A stretch of DNA of 61,027 bases, counting the filler. It is 8 parts of 8 records of this genome, joined end to end, with 100 filler letters (N's around TTAATTAATTAA, not from the genome) between each part and the next. Parts side by side here need not be neighbours in the genome. Positions count along the whole stretch, not along the records: positions 35,220 to 44,199 come from SRR31147125_76500; positions 44,300 to 49,621 come from SRR31147125_76537; positions 49,722 to 55,829 come from SRR31147125_76769; 5 more parts are not named here. One strand, written 5' to 3'. Both the position numbers and the translations under genes were made by a program. Every line of letters begins with the position of its first letter. Position 1 is the stretch's first letter. The notes below the pieces were generated by a model. That model did no database searches. It was not told the origin of the DNA and worked only from the letters and a program-made list of their open reading frames with translations. Shown piece by piece: positions 40,634-50,682 of the stretch.

Positions 40634-40894
40634 GTGGTAAAAATGAAAGGCAAAATTGCAATCGAGCCGAATATGACGCGGTACAGCGATTACCTGACGA
40701 GCCAGGGATTTGCCGTGCACCCGATGCCCGTTGAGGATATGACGGCTAAGAATATGCGCGGATACGACGCATTCGTCATTTCGGGTATGAGCGAGAATTT
40801 CCTCGGCTACGAGGATACGCAGACAAAAGCGCCGCTTATTAACGCCAAAGGCCTGTCGCCGGAAGACGTTGCAAAAATGATCGGAACGCTCTGA
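40634..40894 (+). CDS. YkuS/UPF0180 family protein
   Basis: KIAIE..L..QGF.V..YDAFVISG..ENFLG.ED....PLINA.GLSPE. Confidence 0.75.
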   Translation: MVKMKGKIAIEPNMTRYSDYLTSQGFAVHPMPVEDMTAKNMRGYDAFVISGMSENFLGYEDTQTKAPLINAKGLSPEDVAKMIGTL

Positions 40895-40925
40895 CATCAA
40901 TACCGCGCTAAAATTTCCATCTTTT

Positions 40926-40977
40926 GTTGACAAAGTCCACCAAATTGCTTAAACTGCAATAGGTGGATTTCGTCCAC
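40926..40977 (+). promoter_or_regulatory. Promoter with two 15-bp palindromic operators upstream of MarR-GNAT
   Basis: TTGACA (40927)-17nt-TAAACT (40950); GTTGACaaaGTCCAC (40926-40940) and GTGGATttcGTCCAC (40963-40977). Confidence 0.7.
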
Positions 40978-41004
40978 TAATTACCTGTAAGCGAGGATTG
41001 TCAG

Positions 41005-41922
41005 ATGATACAGCAGCACGAAATAATTGGCCGTGTCCGGAGCTTTAACCGCTTTTATACCAACATATTGGGCCTGCTGGACCGGGACATACTGGACAGC
41101 GGTTATTCGCTCACTGAGGCACGGATTTTGTTTGAACTTGGAGAGCTTGAGTGCGTAACGGCCAGTGCGCTGGCCAAACGGCTGACCATCGACAAAAGCT
41201 ATCTGAGCCGGATTGTTGCCGGATTTGAAAAAAAGAACCTTATTATAAAGGAAGTGTCAGCCGGTGATAACCGGGCGTTTAATCTGCGGCTGTCTGAAAA
41301 AGGTCTCGATGTCGTCGGTTTGCTTGTTGATAAATCCAACGCACAGATCAGCCGGCTTCTCGCACCGCTCAGCCGCACAGAGCGCGACGAGATCGGCGCG
41401 GCAATGGAAACAATCCGAAAGCAGCTGGCAAGAACCGCAGACGAAATGGTCATCCGTCCGTTTACGGAAGCGGACCTGAGCTTTGTCATCACGCGGCAAA
41501 TAAGGCTGTATGAAGTTGAATACGGCTTTACGTCCGACGCCTGGAAAGCGTACGTAACGGACGGCGTTAATCAGCTGGTTAACCGATTTGATTCCGACAA
41601 AGACTGTTTATTAATTCTCGAAGCCGGCGGCAAAGCGTCCGGCTGTATCGCTATCACACACACTGATGAAAATACGGCACAGCTGAGGTTTTTCTTTGTC
41701 GAGGCCGGCCTGCGCGGACAGGGTGCAGGCCGCCGGCTAATCGATGCGGCCATCGGGTTTTGCCGGGATCAAAAATACGACGAGGTCTTTTTATGGACAT
41801 TCAGCAAGCTGGAGTCGGCGCGCCATTTGTATAAGCAGCAGGGCTTCATTTTAACGGATACGCATGAAAACAGCGACTGGGGCCAAGCTGTTTTGGAAGA
41901 AAAATGGCTACTGAAGCTGTGA
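41005..41922 (+). CDS. MarR-family HTH / GNAT acetyltransferase fusion
   Basis: VRSFNRFYT..SLTEARILFEL..IDKSYLSRIV (MarR); AQLRFFFVE..RGQGAGRRL..LWT..ARHLY..GF (GNAT). Confidence 0.92.
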   Translation: MIQQHEIIGRVRSFNRFYTNILGLLDRDILDSGYSLTEARILFELGELECVTASALAKRLTIDKSYLSRIVAGFEKKNLIIKEVSAGDNRAFNLRLSEKGLDVVGLLVDKSNAQISRLLAPLSRTERDEIGAAMETIRKQLARTADEMVIRPFTEADLSFVITRQIRLYEVEYGFTSDAWKAYVTDGVNQLVNRFDSDKDCLLILEAGGKASGCIAITHTDENTAQLRFFFVEAGLRGQGAGRRLIDAAIGFCRDQKYDEVFLWTFSKLESARHLYKQQGFILTDTHENSDWGQAVLEEKWLLKL

Positions 41923-41977
41923 GCTAATTTCGCTGTAACACGAAATAAAATGTCGCTTTTACATATAATAATAAAGC

Positions 41978-42006
41978 TTTACAATTAATAGGGTGTGTGT
42001 TAAAAT
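41978..42006 (+). promoter_or_regulatory. rpsO promoter
   Basis: TTTACA-17nt-TAAAAT with extended -10 TG. Confidence 0.6.
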
Positions 42007-42014
42007 ACCTTAGC

Positions 42015-42160
42015 TTGGCTTAAAATGCCTATTTTTAAGCCCCATTTCTGAGTTTCGGGACAAAGCCGGATCACATTCCGGTGCCTTTTCCGCCTGTTAC
42101 TCGGTTTTTGGGGAATTCCGGCAGCACGCCTCGAGCGGCGCCGAGAAAAGAAAGGACTAT
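42015..42160 (+). ncRNA. Putative S15 autoregulatory leader
   Basis: Long structured 5' UTR of rpsO; CTCGGT..TGGGGA segment resembles Firmicutes rpsO leaders. Boundaries are approximate. Confidence 0.4.
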
Positions 42161-42164
42161 TTAA

Positions 42165-42431
42165 ATGATTACGAAGGATCAAAAAAACGCTGTTATTGAG
42201 TCAAACCGCACGCATGAAACCGACACCGGTTCACCGGAGGTCCAGATCGCTATCCTGACCGAGCGCATCGTGCAGCTCACCGAGCACCTCAAGGAGCATA
42301 AGAAAGACAATCACAGCCGTCTGGGGCTTCTCAAGATGGTCGGTAAGCGGCGCAACCTGCTGGACTATCTGGCTAAGAAAGACATCGAGCGGTACAGAGC
42401 GCTTATCGCCAAACTTGGCTTAAGAAAGTAA
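42165..42431 (+). CDS. rpsO: 30S ribosomal protein S15
   Basis: [40 protein letters not shown]. Confidence 0.98.
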   Translation: MITKDQKNAVIESNRTHETDTGSPEVQIAILTERIVQLTEHLKEHKKDNHSRLGLLKMVGKRRNLLDYLAKKDIERYRALIAKLGLRK

Positions 42432-42439
42432 AACAACCT

Positions 42440-42474
42440 ATGGGGCTGGTCTGAGCGTATCAGAACAGCCCCGT
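42440..42474 (+). terminator. Hairpin after rpsO
   Basis: GGGGCTG.TCTGA..TCAGA.CAGCCCC stem with a weak U tract. Confidence 0.5.
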
Positions 42475-42587
42475 TATGCAATAATAAGTAAAAGACGCGC
42501 TGACTTTGTATGACGGCGGTCCATTGAGGTTAAAACTATAGTACATCTCAAGGCCGCTTTCAGATAGTAACCCTAAACATAAATATC

Positions 42588-42670
42588 AGAAGCATGCAAT
42601 CCCATAGCAGTTGAAAATGCGTCCGAGCCGGATCGGGCCTATTTTCAAGTGCTAGGTGATTGTGGCTTCT
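42588..42670 (+). promoter_or_regulatory. Long stem-loop in the pnp 5' UTR, candidate RNase III site
   Basis: Nested pairings AGAAGC/GCTTCT, GCAATC/GATTGT, TAGCA/TGCTA and TTGAAAAT/ATTTTCAA. Confidence 0.6.
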
Positions 42671-42691
42671 CACAATTGAAAGGAGCATTCC

Positions 42692-44199
42692 ATGATCATC
42701 AAGCAAAGAGAGTTTAATGATTATAAGCAGTATTCCATGACGCTGGCCGGCCGGCCGCTCACACTGGAGGTCGGCAAGCTCGCGGAGCTGGCCAACGCCG
42801 CCGTTTTAGTCCGTTACGGAGAGACAACCATTCTGGTGACGGCAACGGCCTCCGCTCGTCCGCGCGACGGCATCGACTATTTCCCGCTCGGCGTTGACTT
42901 TGAAGAAAAGCTTTACGCCGTCGGACGCATCCCGGGCGGCTTCCTGCGCCGCGAAGGCCGTCCCAGTGAACGCGGCGTTTTGGCCGCTCGCATGATCGAC
43001 CGGCCGATGCGTCCACTCTTCCCCAGCGACCTGAGAAACGATGTCATCATCACCTGCTCAGTCCTCGCTGTTGATCACGACAACTCGCCGGAGATTGCCG
43101 CGATGATCGGCGCAGCCGCCGCCGTCAGCATTTCCGACATTCCGTTTAACGGCCCCATCGCCGGCGTGGCGCTCGGTCTCATTGACGGCAAATATATCAT
43201 CAATCCCACATCCGAAGAGCGTGAGCAGAGCGAAATGTTCTGCACCATCGCCGCGACGAGCGAGAAGATCGTCATGATCGAAGCCGCCGGCAAAGAGATC
43301 CCCGAGGACGTTATGCTCGGCGGTATTATCGCCGCCCACGATGCCATTAAGCCGATTATCGCCCTCATCAATCAGATGGTCTCTGAGGTCGGCAAGCCGA
43401 AGTTCACCTATGACAAGGCAGCCTTTAACGACGAGCTCTTTGCCAAAATCGTGGACAAGTATTTAAAAGACGTCGAGCACAGCATGGACACCGACGACAA
43501 GAACGTCCGCGAGGAGCGCTACAACGCCGTCGTCGACAAAATGATTGCCGAATTCGGCGAGGAGTACCCGGAAATTACCTCTCAGCTTGATGAGATCACG
43601 TATAAGATCCAGAAGAAGATCGTTAAGGCCTGGCTGCTGCAGGGAAAGCGCGTCGACGGACGCGCAATGGACGAAATCCGTCCGCTGGCCTCCGAGGTCG
43701 GCGTCATTCCGCGCGTACACGGCTCGGGCCTGTTTACCCGCGGCCAGACGCAGGTTCTGTCTATTGCCACGCTCGGCATGCTCTCCGACGCACAGAAGCT
43801 GGACACCATTTACGAAGAGCAGTCCAAGCGTTATATGCATCATTACAACTTCCCGTCCTTCTCCGTCGGCGAGGCGCGTCCCAGCCGCTCCACCTCCCGC
43901 CGCGAATACGGTCACGGCGCGTTGGCTGAAAAGGCGCTTGAGGCCGTCCTGCCGGCATTTGAGGAATTCCCGTATGTCATCCGCGTCGTCAGCGAGGTCC
44001 TCAGCTCCAACGGCTCAACGTCGCAGGGTTCCATCTGCGGCTCAACGCTGGCACTGATGGACGCGGGCGTTCCGATTACGGCTCCGGTCGCCGGCATCTC
44101 CTGCGGACTCATCTCCGACGGCGACAAATGGACAACCTTTATTGATATCCAGGGCGTCGAGGATTTCCACGGCGAGATGGACTTCAAGGTCGGCGGCAC
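42692..44199 (+). CDS. pnp: Polyribonucleotide nucleotidyltransferase (3' truncated)
   Basis: GRIPGGFLRREGRP, RMIDRPMRPLF, HGSGLFTRGQTQ, RREYGHGALAE, SNGSTSQ, GEMDFKVGG; follows rpsO. Confidence 0.97.
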
Positions 44200-44299
44200 N
44201 NNNNNNNNNNNNNNNNNNNNNNNNNNNNNNNNNNNNNNNNNNNTTAATTAATTAANNNNNNNNNNNNNNNNNNNNNNNNNNNNNNNNNNNNNNNNNNNN
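44200..44299. other. Artificial contig spacer
   Basis: N44-TTAATTAATTAA-N44. Confidence 0.99.
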
Positions 44300-45359
44300 A
44301 AAAGAAAAAACAGAGAAGCCTGATGCAAAAAAACCCATGCTTAACCCTAAATATACGTTCGATTCATTCGTAGTCGGGAATTCAAACCGTTTTGCTCACG
44401 CAGGTGCACAGGCAGTTGCTAATGCCGCTAATTCAAATGGAAGTATTTATAATCCACTATTTATCTACAGTGGTTCGGGTCTTGGAAAAACGCATCTTAT
44501 GTTAGCTATTGGCCATCAAATATATCAAAACGATCCAACAAAACAAGTTGAATACGTAACCAGCGAAACCTTTACAAACGAACTCATTCGAGCCATTCAA
44601 AAAGGTGAAAATGAAAAATTCAGGCAACGCTTTAGAAACGTTGATTGTTTGATGATAGATGATATTCAATTTATTGCTGATAAAGAGCGTACACAAGAAG
44701 AATTTTTCCATACCTTCAACGCACTCCATGAGTCAAATAAACAAATAGTTATTACTTCAGATCAACAACCAAAGGATATTCCTACCATCGAAGAACGTTT
44801 ACGTTCACGCTTTGAATGGGGATTAATTGCAGATATTCAACCACCTGACTATGAAACACGGGTAGCTATTCTACTTAAAAAAGCATATTCTGATAGCCTT
44901 GATATTTCAAACGATATTATATATTTTATCGCGGCTCAAGTTGAAAGTAATATCCGTGTATTAGAAGGCGCATTAAACAGGGTTATTGCTTATTCAACCT
45001 TGAATAACTCTGTTCCAACTATAGATATTGCTAAAGAGGCATTGAAAGAATTTTTATCAATTAAGAAAAAGACAGTAAATGCAGATATGATAAAACAAGC
45101 GGTTGCTAAAGAATACGATGTAAAGCCCGAAGACTTCTCTTCAAAACGTCGTGATAGAGAGATTTCTTTACCAAGACAAATTTGTATGTATTTAATTCGT
45201 GACATATTAAGTCTTTCGCATCCGAAAATTGGTAGCTTGTTCGGTGGACGAGATCATTCAACAGTTATGTACGCTTGCAAGGAAATAAAAGAAACTATTG
45301 ATAAAGATAATTCATTTTCATTAAAAATTTCTGAATTAAAAGATAGTATTATGAATTAA
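44300..45359 (+). CDS. dnaA: Chromosomal replication initiator DnaA (5' truncated; domains III-IV)
   Basis: LNPKYTFDSFVVGNSN, YNPLFIYSGSGLGKTHL, IDDIQF, QEEFFHTFN, RLRSRFEWG, FGGRDHSTV. Confidence 0.97.
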
Positions 45360-45530
45360 TCAACATGTTTTCAACCATGATTGTCGACATGCTAACAGGA
45401 GATTAACAGCTTATTAAAAAAATATAAACAAGCTGTTTTTTACTCCAACAAAGGTCTAATAGCTGTTTTCCACACTATTAACACCCCTTACTATTACGAC
45501 TATTACTATTTAAATAAATATATATATCAC
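45360..45530. other. oriC unwinding region between dnaA and dnaN
   Basis: DnaA-box-like TTTTCCACA (45466) and CTATTAACA (45475), then CCCC, DnaA-trio tract TACTATTACGACTATTACTAT and an AT-rich run. Confidence 0.85.
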
Positions 45531-45544
45531 CTAGGAGGTTAACG

Positions 45545-46639
45545 ATGCTAATTAAATGTAAACAACAAGATCTTCTTTTTGCACTACAAACTGCTTCAAA
45601 AGCTTTATCTTCAAAAAGCCCACTTCCCATTCTTGAAGGAATTTATTTAAGTGCTCAAGATGATGTGCTTATTGTAAAATGCATGAATATGTCTCTTCAA
45701 ATACAATTAGCTATTGATGCTGAAATAATTAAAGAAGGCACAATTGTATTACCTGGTAAAATTTTTATTGAGGTTATAAGACGTTTGCCAGCAGAAGAAA
45801 TTCAAATTGATATTAATGATAATTTTTCTGCGACTTTATTGTGTGGAGAATCTAATACTACTTTGCAGGGAATGGATTATAGTGAGTATCCAACTTTGCC
45901 TGAATTAGATGGTCAAAGTATTATTATTCCACAACAACTTGTCAAAGATATGATAAAAAAGACGGTGTTTGCAACTGCTCATGATGAAACAAAACCCGTT
46001 TTAACAGGGGCATTAATGGAAATAAACCAAACGACAGCTTTAATGGTAGCGCTTGATGGTTATCGAATGGCTATGAGAAAAGAAGAAATGGAAAATGACT
46101 TAGGCCAACATAACGTGATTTTGCCTGCTAAATCTATGATTGAGCTTGGAAAAATATTGGGTGATAACGGCAAAATGGAAGTTTCGTTTTGGAAAGGCTA
46201 TTTAAAGTTTAAGATAGACGATGTTTCGGTTATCACAAGGTTAATAGAAGGCGAGTTTATTAAGTATGATCAGATTATTCCTAAAGAGCATTCTACTCAA
46301 GTTGCAGTAAATGCTCAAACTCTTTATGCTAGTATTGAACGTGCTTCATTAATGGCTAGAGAAGGAAACAATAATTTGATTCGTATGAATATTACTGATA
46401 AAGGAATAGAAATAAAATCGCAGTCTGAAATTGGTAATACTAATGAGCATGTTTTATGCAAAAAAGAAGGTAATGATTTAGAAATAGCGTTTAATGCTAT
46501 ATATTTGCTGGATGTTTTGCGTACCTTGGATGACGATGAAATAAATCTTGATTTTAATACTAATGTTAGTCCGTTGGTTATACATCCAGTTGAAGGCGAT
46601 GCGTTTTCATATTTAATTTTGCCAGTTAGGATTTACTAA
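45545..46639 (+). CDS. dnaN: DNA polymerase III beta clamp
   Basis: LPILEGIYL, DETKPVLTG, VALDGYRMA, RLIEGEF..Y, IAFNA.YLLDVL, YLILPVR; follows dnaA. Confidence 0.96.
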   Translation: MLIKCKQQDLLFALQTASKALSSKSPLPILEGIYLSAQDDVLIVKCMNMSLQIQLAIDAEIIKEGTIVLPGKIFIEVIRRLPAEEIQIDINDNFSATLLCGESNTTLQGMDYSEYPTLPELDGQSIIIPQQLVKDMIKKTVFATAHDETKPVLTGALMEINQTTALMVALDGYRMAMRKEEMENDLGQHNVILPAKSMIELGKILGDNGKMEVSFWKGYLKFKIDDVSVITRLIEGEFIKYDQIIPKEHSTQVAVNAQTLYASIERASLMAREGNNNLIRMNITDKGIEIKSQSEIGNTNEHVLCKKEGNDLEIAFNAIYLLDVLRTLDDDEINLDFNTNVSPLVIHPVEGDAFSYLILPVRIY

Positions 46640-46654
46640 AGTCTTTTATATTAT

Positions 46655-46683
46655 AAGCAGCGTAGATTATGCGCTGCTTTTTT
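46655..46683 (+). terminator. Rho-independent terminator after dnaN
   Basis: AAGCAGCGTA..TGCGCTGCTT followed by a T tract. Confidence 0.7.
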
Positions 46684-46754
46684 CATGCAAAGGTGTTATG
46701 TATTTGATGTGGTATAATATATACAAAGTTTATTGCTATATTTTTGAGGTTTTG

Positions 46755-47827
46755 ATGGTAGATAGGATTGTACTTAAAGATTTTCGTAATTATAAAGAAC
46801 TTGATTTATCGTTTGGTAGTGGTTTAAACATTTTACAAGGGAAAAATGCACAGGGAAAAACTAATGTTTTAGAAGCGATATATCTTTGTGCATTGGGAAA
46901 ATCACATCGTGTCGCAAATGATGCTGATATGATAAGACAAGATTGTTCTTTTTCAAAAACCACAATATATACTAACGATTATGAAAGAAAAGGCTGTATT
47001 AGTATGCAGTTGACAAGAGGTGGCGTTAAAAGAGTATTAGTAGATAGTGTTCCTATTAAAAAAATGGTTGAGCTAATGGGTAAGCTCATGGTTGTTATGT
47101 TTTCTCCTGAGGATCTAAAGCTAATAAAAGAAGGACCTATTTTAGAAGAAAGTATATTGATACTTTTTTGTGTCAGATTAAGCCGTCGTATTTTCATAAT
47201 CTTCAAAATTATAATAAGTCACTTAAACACAGAAATAAGTTAATTAATAAACGCGATAATTCTATGTTAGATGCTTTTGATCAGCAAATAGCTGTTTATG
47301 GAACTAAGATAGTGAAAGAGCGAAAAAGATTTATTGATGTATTAAAACCTATTTGTATCAATCAGCATGATTTATTAACAAATGGCGAAAATATGGATAT
47401 TATCTATGCTTGTTCAATTTCAAAAAACATTATTGGGGAAGAAGAGTATCTTCGTGAGCTTTATAATTCTCGTGCAATAGATTTTTCTCGCGGATTTACT
47501 ACAAAAGGAATTCATCGTGATGATTTGAGTATTTCCATTAATAAAAAAGATGTAAGAAAATATGCGTCACAAGGACAACAGCGAAGTTTAGCGCTTTCGT
47601 TAAGGCTTTCTCAGGCTATTGCAATGGAGAAGTATACAACAATTTGTCCTATATTATTGCTAGATGATGTGTTAAGCGAGTTAGATAATGATAGGATAAA
47701 ATATTTATTATCAATTTTAAACGATAAACAAGCAATATTAACCAGTGCGATAAAAGTGACAACAGGCACATCAAATTCAAGTACAATAGCATTTTTAGTG
47801 GAAAGTGGACGGATTAAAAGGGTGTAA
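46755..47827 (+). CDS. recF: DNA replication/repair protein RecF, frameshifted in a T4 run at 47140-47143
   Basis: FRNY, GKNAQGKTNVLEAIY, FSPEDL, GIHRDDL, ASQGQQRS, ILLLDDVLSELD. Adding one T gives EGPIFRRKYIDTFLCQ and joins the two ORFs. Confidence 0.92.
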
Positions 47828-47991
47828 GTAAAAAAATGCGTCTAGGGCTTTATAAAACGTATGAAATAGAGTATAATTAAAGCAGGAACATTATGCCTTT
47901 CAGGTTGTTTTTTAAAATACTATTAAGACCTGTTAAAAGGTTAATTTTTTTGTGAGCAATAAATCAGATTAATATTTAAAGGGGAATGTAG

Positions 47992-48294
47992 ATGGTATTA
48001 CATATTGGAGGAGATACGATAGTAACGACTGAAAGTATAATAGCTATCATTGATGTTGATGCAGTTAATACATCTGAAGAAATGCGTAAGAATTTTTGGT
48101 CTATTAAAACTGAATTTGAAAAAACATCAAAAGAGGAATGTAAATCATTTGTAATAACAAGTAGTAATTTTCCTGAAATAAAGAAAAACATACAAGCAAA
48201 AGTAACTGATAAATCAAGAGTATATTGTTCTTCTATTTCATCTAGTACGCTTCATAAAAGGTGCGGATTGATAAAAGAAAAAATGGACGTTTAA
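47992..48294 (+). CDS. remB: DUF370 / RemB (YaaB-like) protein
   Basis: LHIGGD..IIAI.D, KSFVIT, VY.S.ISSSTL.KR; conserved position between recF and gyrB. Confidence 0.8.
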   Translation: MVLHIGGDTIVTTESIIAIIDVDAVNTSEEMRKNFWSIKTEFEKTSKEECKSFVITSSNFPEIKKNIQAKVTDKSRVYCSSISSSTLHKRCGLIKEKMDV

Positions 48295-48304
48295 AGAAAG
48301 GACA

Positions 48305-49621
48305 ATGAATAATATGGATGATATCCAAACAAATATCGAAATCAATAATTATGATGCTTCTAAGATTCAAGTTCTTGAAGGATTAGAAGCAGTTAAAAAG
48401 CGACCGGGAATGTATATTGGGTCCACCGACGTACGTGGGTTGCATCATATGGTAATAGAAATAATTGATAATAGCATAGATGAAGCATTAGCTGGATATT
48501 GTAATAAAATTAAAGTTAGAATAAATGAGGATGGTTCTATTACGGTAAGTGATGATGGACGCGGGATACCAGTTGATATGCATAAACAACTAAAAAAACC
48601 TGCGCTTGAAGTTGCACTTACTGTTTTACATGCTGGAGGAAAATTCAGTGGAGAAAGTTATAAGGTATCCGGCGGATTACATGGAGTAGGGTTATCAGTA
48701 GTTAATGCACTTTCTGAGTGGCTTGAAGTTGAAGTACGCCGTGATGACAAAATATATTGGCAGCGATATGAAGATGGTTTTACCGTATCTGAACTTAAAG
48801 TAATAGGTGAGTGTAAGGACAGAACAGGTACAAAAATCACTTTTGCTCCTAGTAAAGTTTTAATGGATGATGTAGTCTTTCAGTATGAAGTCTTGAAAAA
48901 TAGGATAAGAGAGATAGCGTTTTTAAACGGTGGAGTAAATATTTCTATAAGTGATTATAGAGGTGAAGAACCAGTTGAAAAAGAATTTTGCTATGAGGGC
49001 GGAATAATATCATACGTAAAATTCTTTAATAGTAAAAAGAATGTCCTGTTTGATGAACCAATATTTATTTCATCTAAAAAGGATGACACTTCTGTTGAAA
49101 TTGCTTTGCAATATAACGATAGCTATGTTGAAGGAATAAGAACATATGCAAATAACATATCTACTCCCGAAGGTGGAACACATTTATCAGGATTTAAGAG
49201 TGCAATAACTCGTACAGTTAATGATTTTGCTAGAAAGAATAATATTATTAAAGCTAACCAAAGTAATTTAGCCGGAGAAGATATTCGTGAAGGATTATGT
49301 GCTATTGTATCGGTTAAGCTTATGGAACCACAGTTTGAGGGGCAGACAAAAACTAAGCTTGGGAATAGCGAAGTTAGACAAATTGTTGATTCTGCTTTAA
49401 GTGATGGTCTTTCGACTTATTTAGAAGAAAATCCTGCAACAGGTAAATTGATTTTAGAAAAGTGCTTAACGGCTTCACGAGCAAGGGAAGCAGCTAGGAA
49501 AGCAAGAGAGTTAACTAGACGTAAAAATGTATTAGAGTTTTCGTCATTACCTGGAAAATTAGCGGATTGTTCTGAAAAAGATCCTAGTAAATGTGAAATA
49601 TTTATAGTTGAGGGCGAAAGT
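48305..49621 (+). CDS. gyrB: DNA gyrase subunit B (3' truncated)
   Basis: YDASKIQVLEGLEAVKKRPGMYIGS, DNSIDEALAG, SGGLHGVG, PQFEGQTK, LPGKLADC, IVEGES. Confidence 0.97.
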
Positions 49622-49721
49622 NNNNNNNNNNNNNNNNNNNNNNNNNNNNNNNNNNNNNNNNNNNNTTAATTAATTAANNNNNNNNNNNNNNNNNNNNNNN
49701 NNNNNNNNNNNNNNNNNNNNN
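49622..49721. other. Artificial contig spacer
   Basis: N44-TTAATTAATTAA-N44. Confidence 0.99.
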
Positions 49722-49835
49722 AAAAGACAAAAAAGGTACAAAGAAATGGATTGTAAATTCAGTTCAGTAAACAAATTACACCAAAACGGATCCCACACAC
49801 TTCCGGTCAGTTAAAAAAGGATAAATGTTAGCACC

Positions 49836-50647
49836 GTGAAAATCAGCTGTCTGCCAGTATCGTACTTCTCTCAAATAATCAGTGGAAAAACAACAATATT
49901 CTCCTGGTTGCGTGAGGCTGCCGCATTAGGATTGGATGGAGCTGATCTAAGTATTCTTTTTTTGAAAATAGAGACCGGACCAGACTGACAAAAATCAAGG
50001 ATACATATCAATCCCTGGGTCTTAAGCTGCCATTACTCAACATCTACCCCCAATTGCTGCACCCTGACACTACTATCAGAAAAGATGAGATCACCCAACT
50101 GAAGAAAGATATTGAAGTAGCCGGGTTGCTTGGCGCGGAGTATGTTCGTATTGTCTCAGGCCAGTGGTTTCCTGATGTTTCAAAGAAAGAGGGATTGCAG
50201 CGAACCTTTACAGGACTTGACAGTGCTGCCGAAACAGCCGCAAAACATGGTATTGGATTGGTATATGAAAATCATTCTCAACCATCCAGCTGGGAATTTT
50301 CTGATTTTTCTTATAATCCTGATATTTTTATGGAAATAAGTGATCGGGTGAAAAACACCCCCATCAAACTTCTTTTTGATACAGCTAATCCAGTGGCATA
50401 TGGCGTTGATCCACTACCACTGCTTGAGAAAATATACGTACAGGTAGCCTGTATACATGTTGCCGACACCTCTGAATATGGTACCTTCTGCCCTACTGTA
50501 ATAGGTGATGGGGTGGTACCGTTAAAAGAAATATTCGCATTTTTGAAAGAAAAAAATTATTCAGGCTGGCTTTCCATTGAGGAAGCAAGTGCAACAGGAA
50601 AAAGCGGAGTCGAAACCGCCTGCCGTTATGTGATGGAAAACACATAA
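49836..50647 (+). CDS. Sugar phosphate isomerase/epimerase (xylose-isomerase-like TIM barrel), frameshifted in a T7 run at 49957-49963
   Basis: GTG start MKISCLPVS..AAALGLDGADL. Adding one T joins ORF 50054-50647, which has YENH, FDTAN, HVAD, IGDGVVP and WLSIEE. Confidence 0.8.
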
Positions 50648-50682
50648 ATATTGTCAAAGAATACCGTAAACGGAGAGTTGAT

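Noticed and set aside
42759-44199. Many 65-170 aa alternative-frame ORFs within pnp (and similarly mnmG)
   Set aside because: Expected by-products of GC-rich codon usage overlapping well-supported housekeeping genes.
46698-47827. recF, the two kinases and the radical SAM gene as true pseudogenes
   Set aside because: Each has a single homopolymer indel and no other decay; sequencing error is the simpler explanation.
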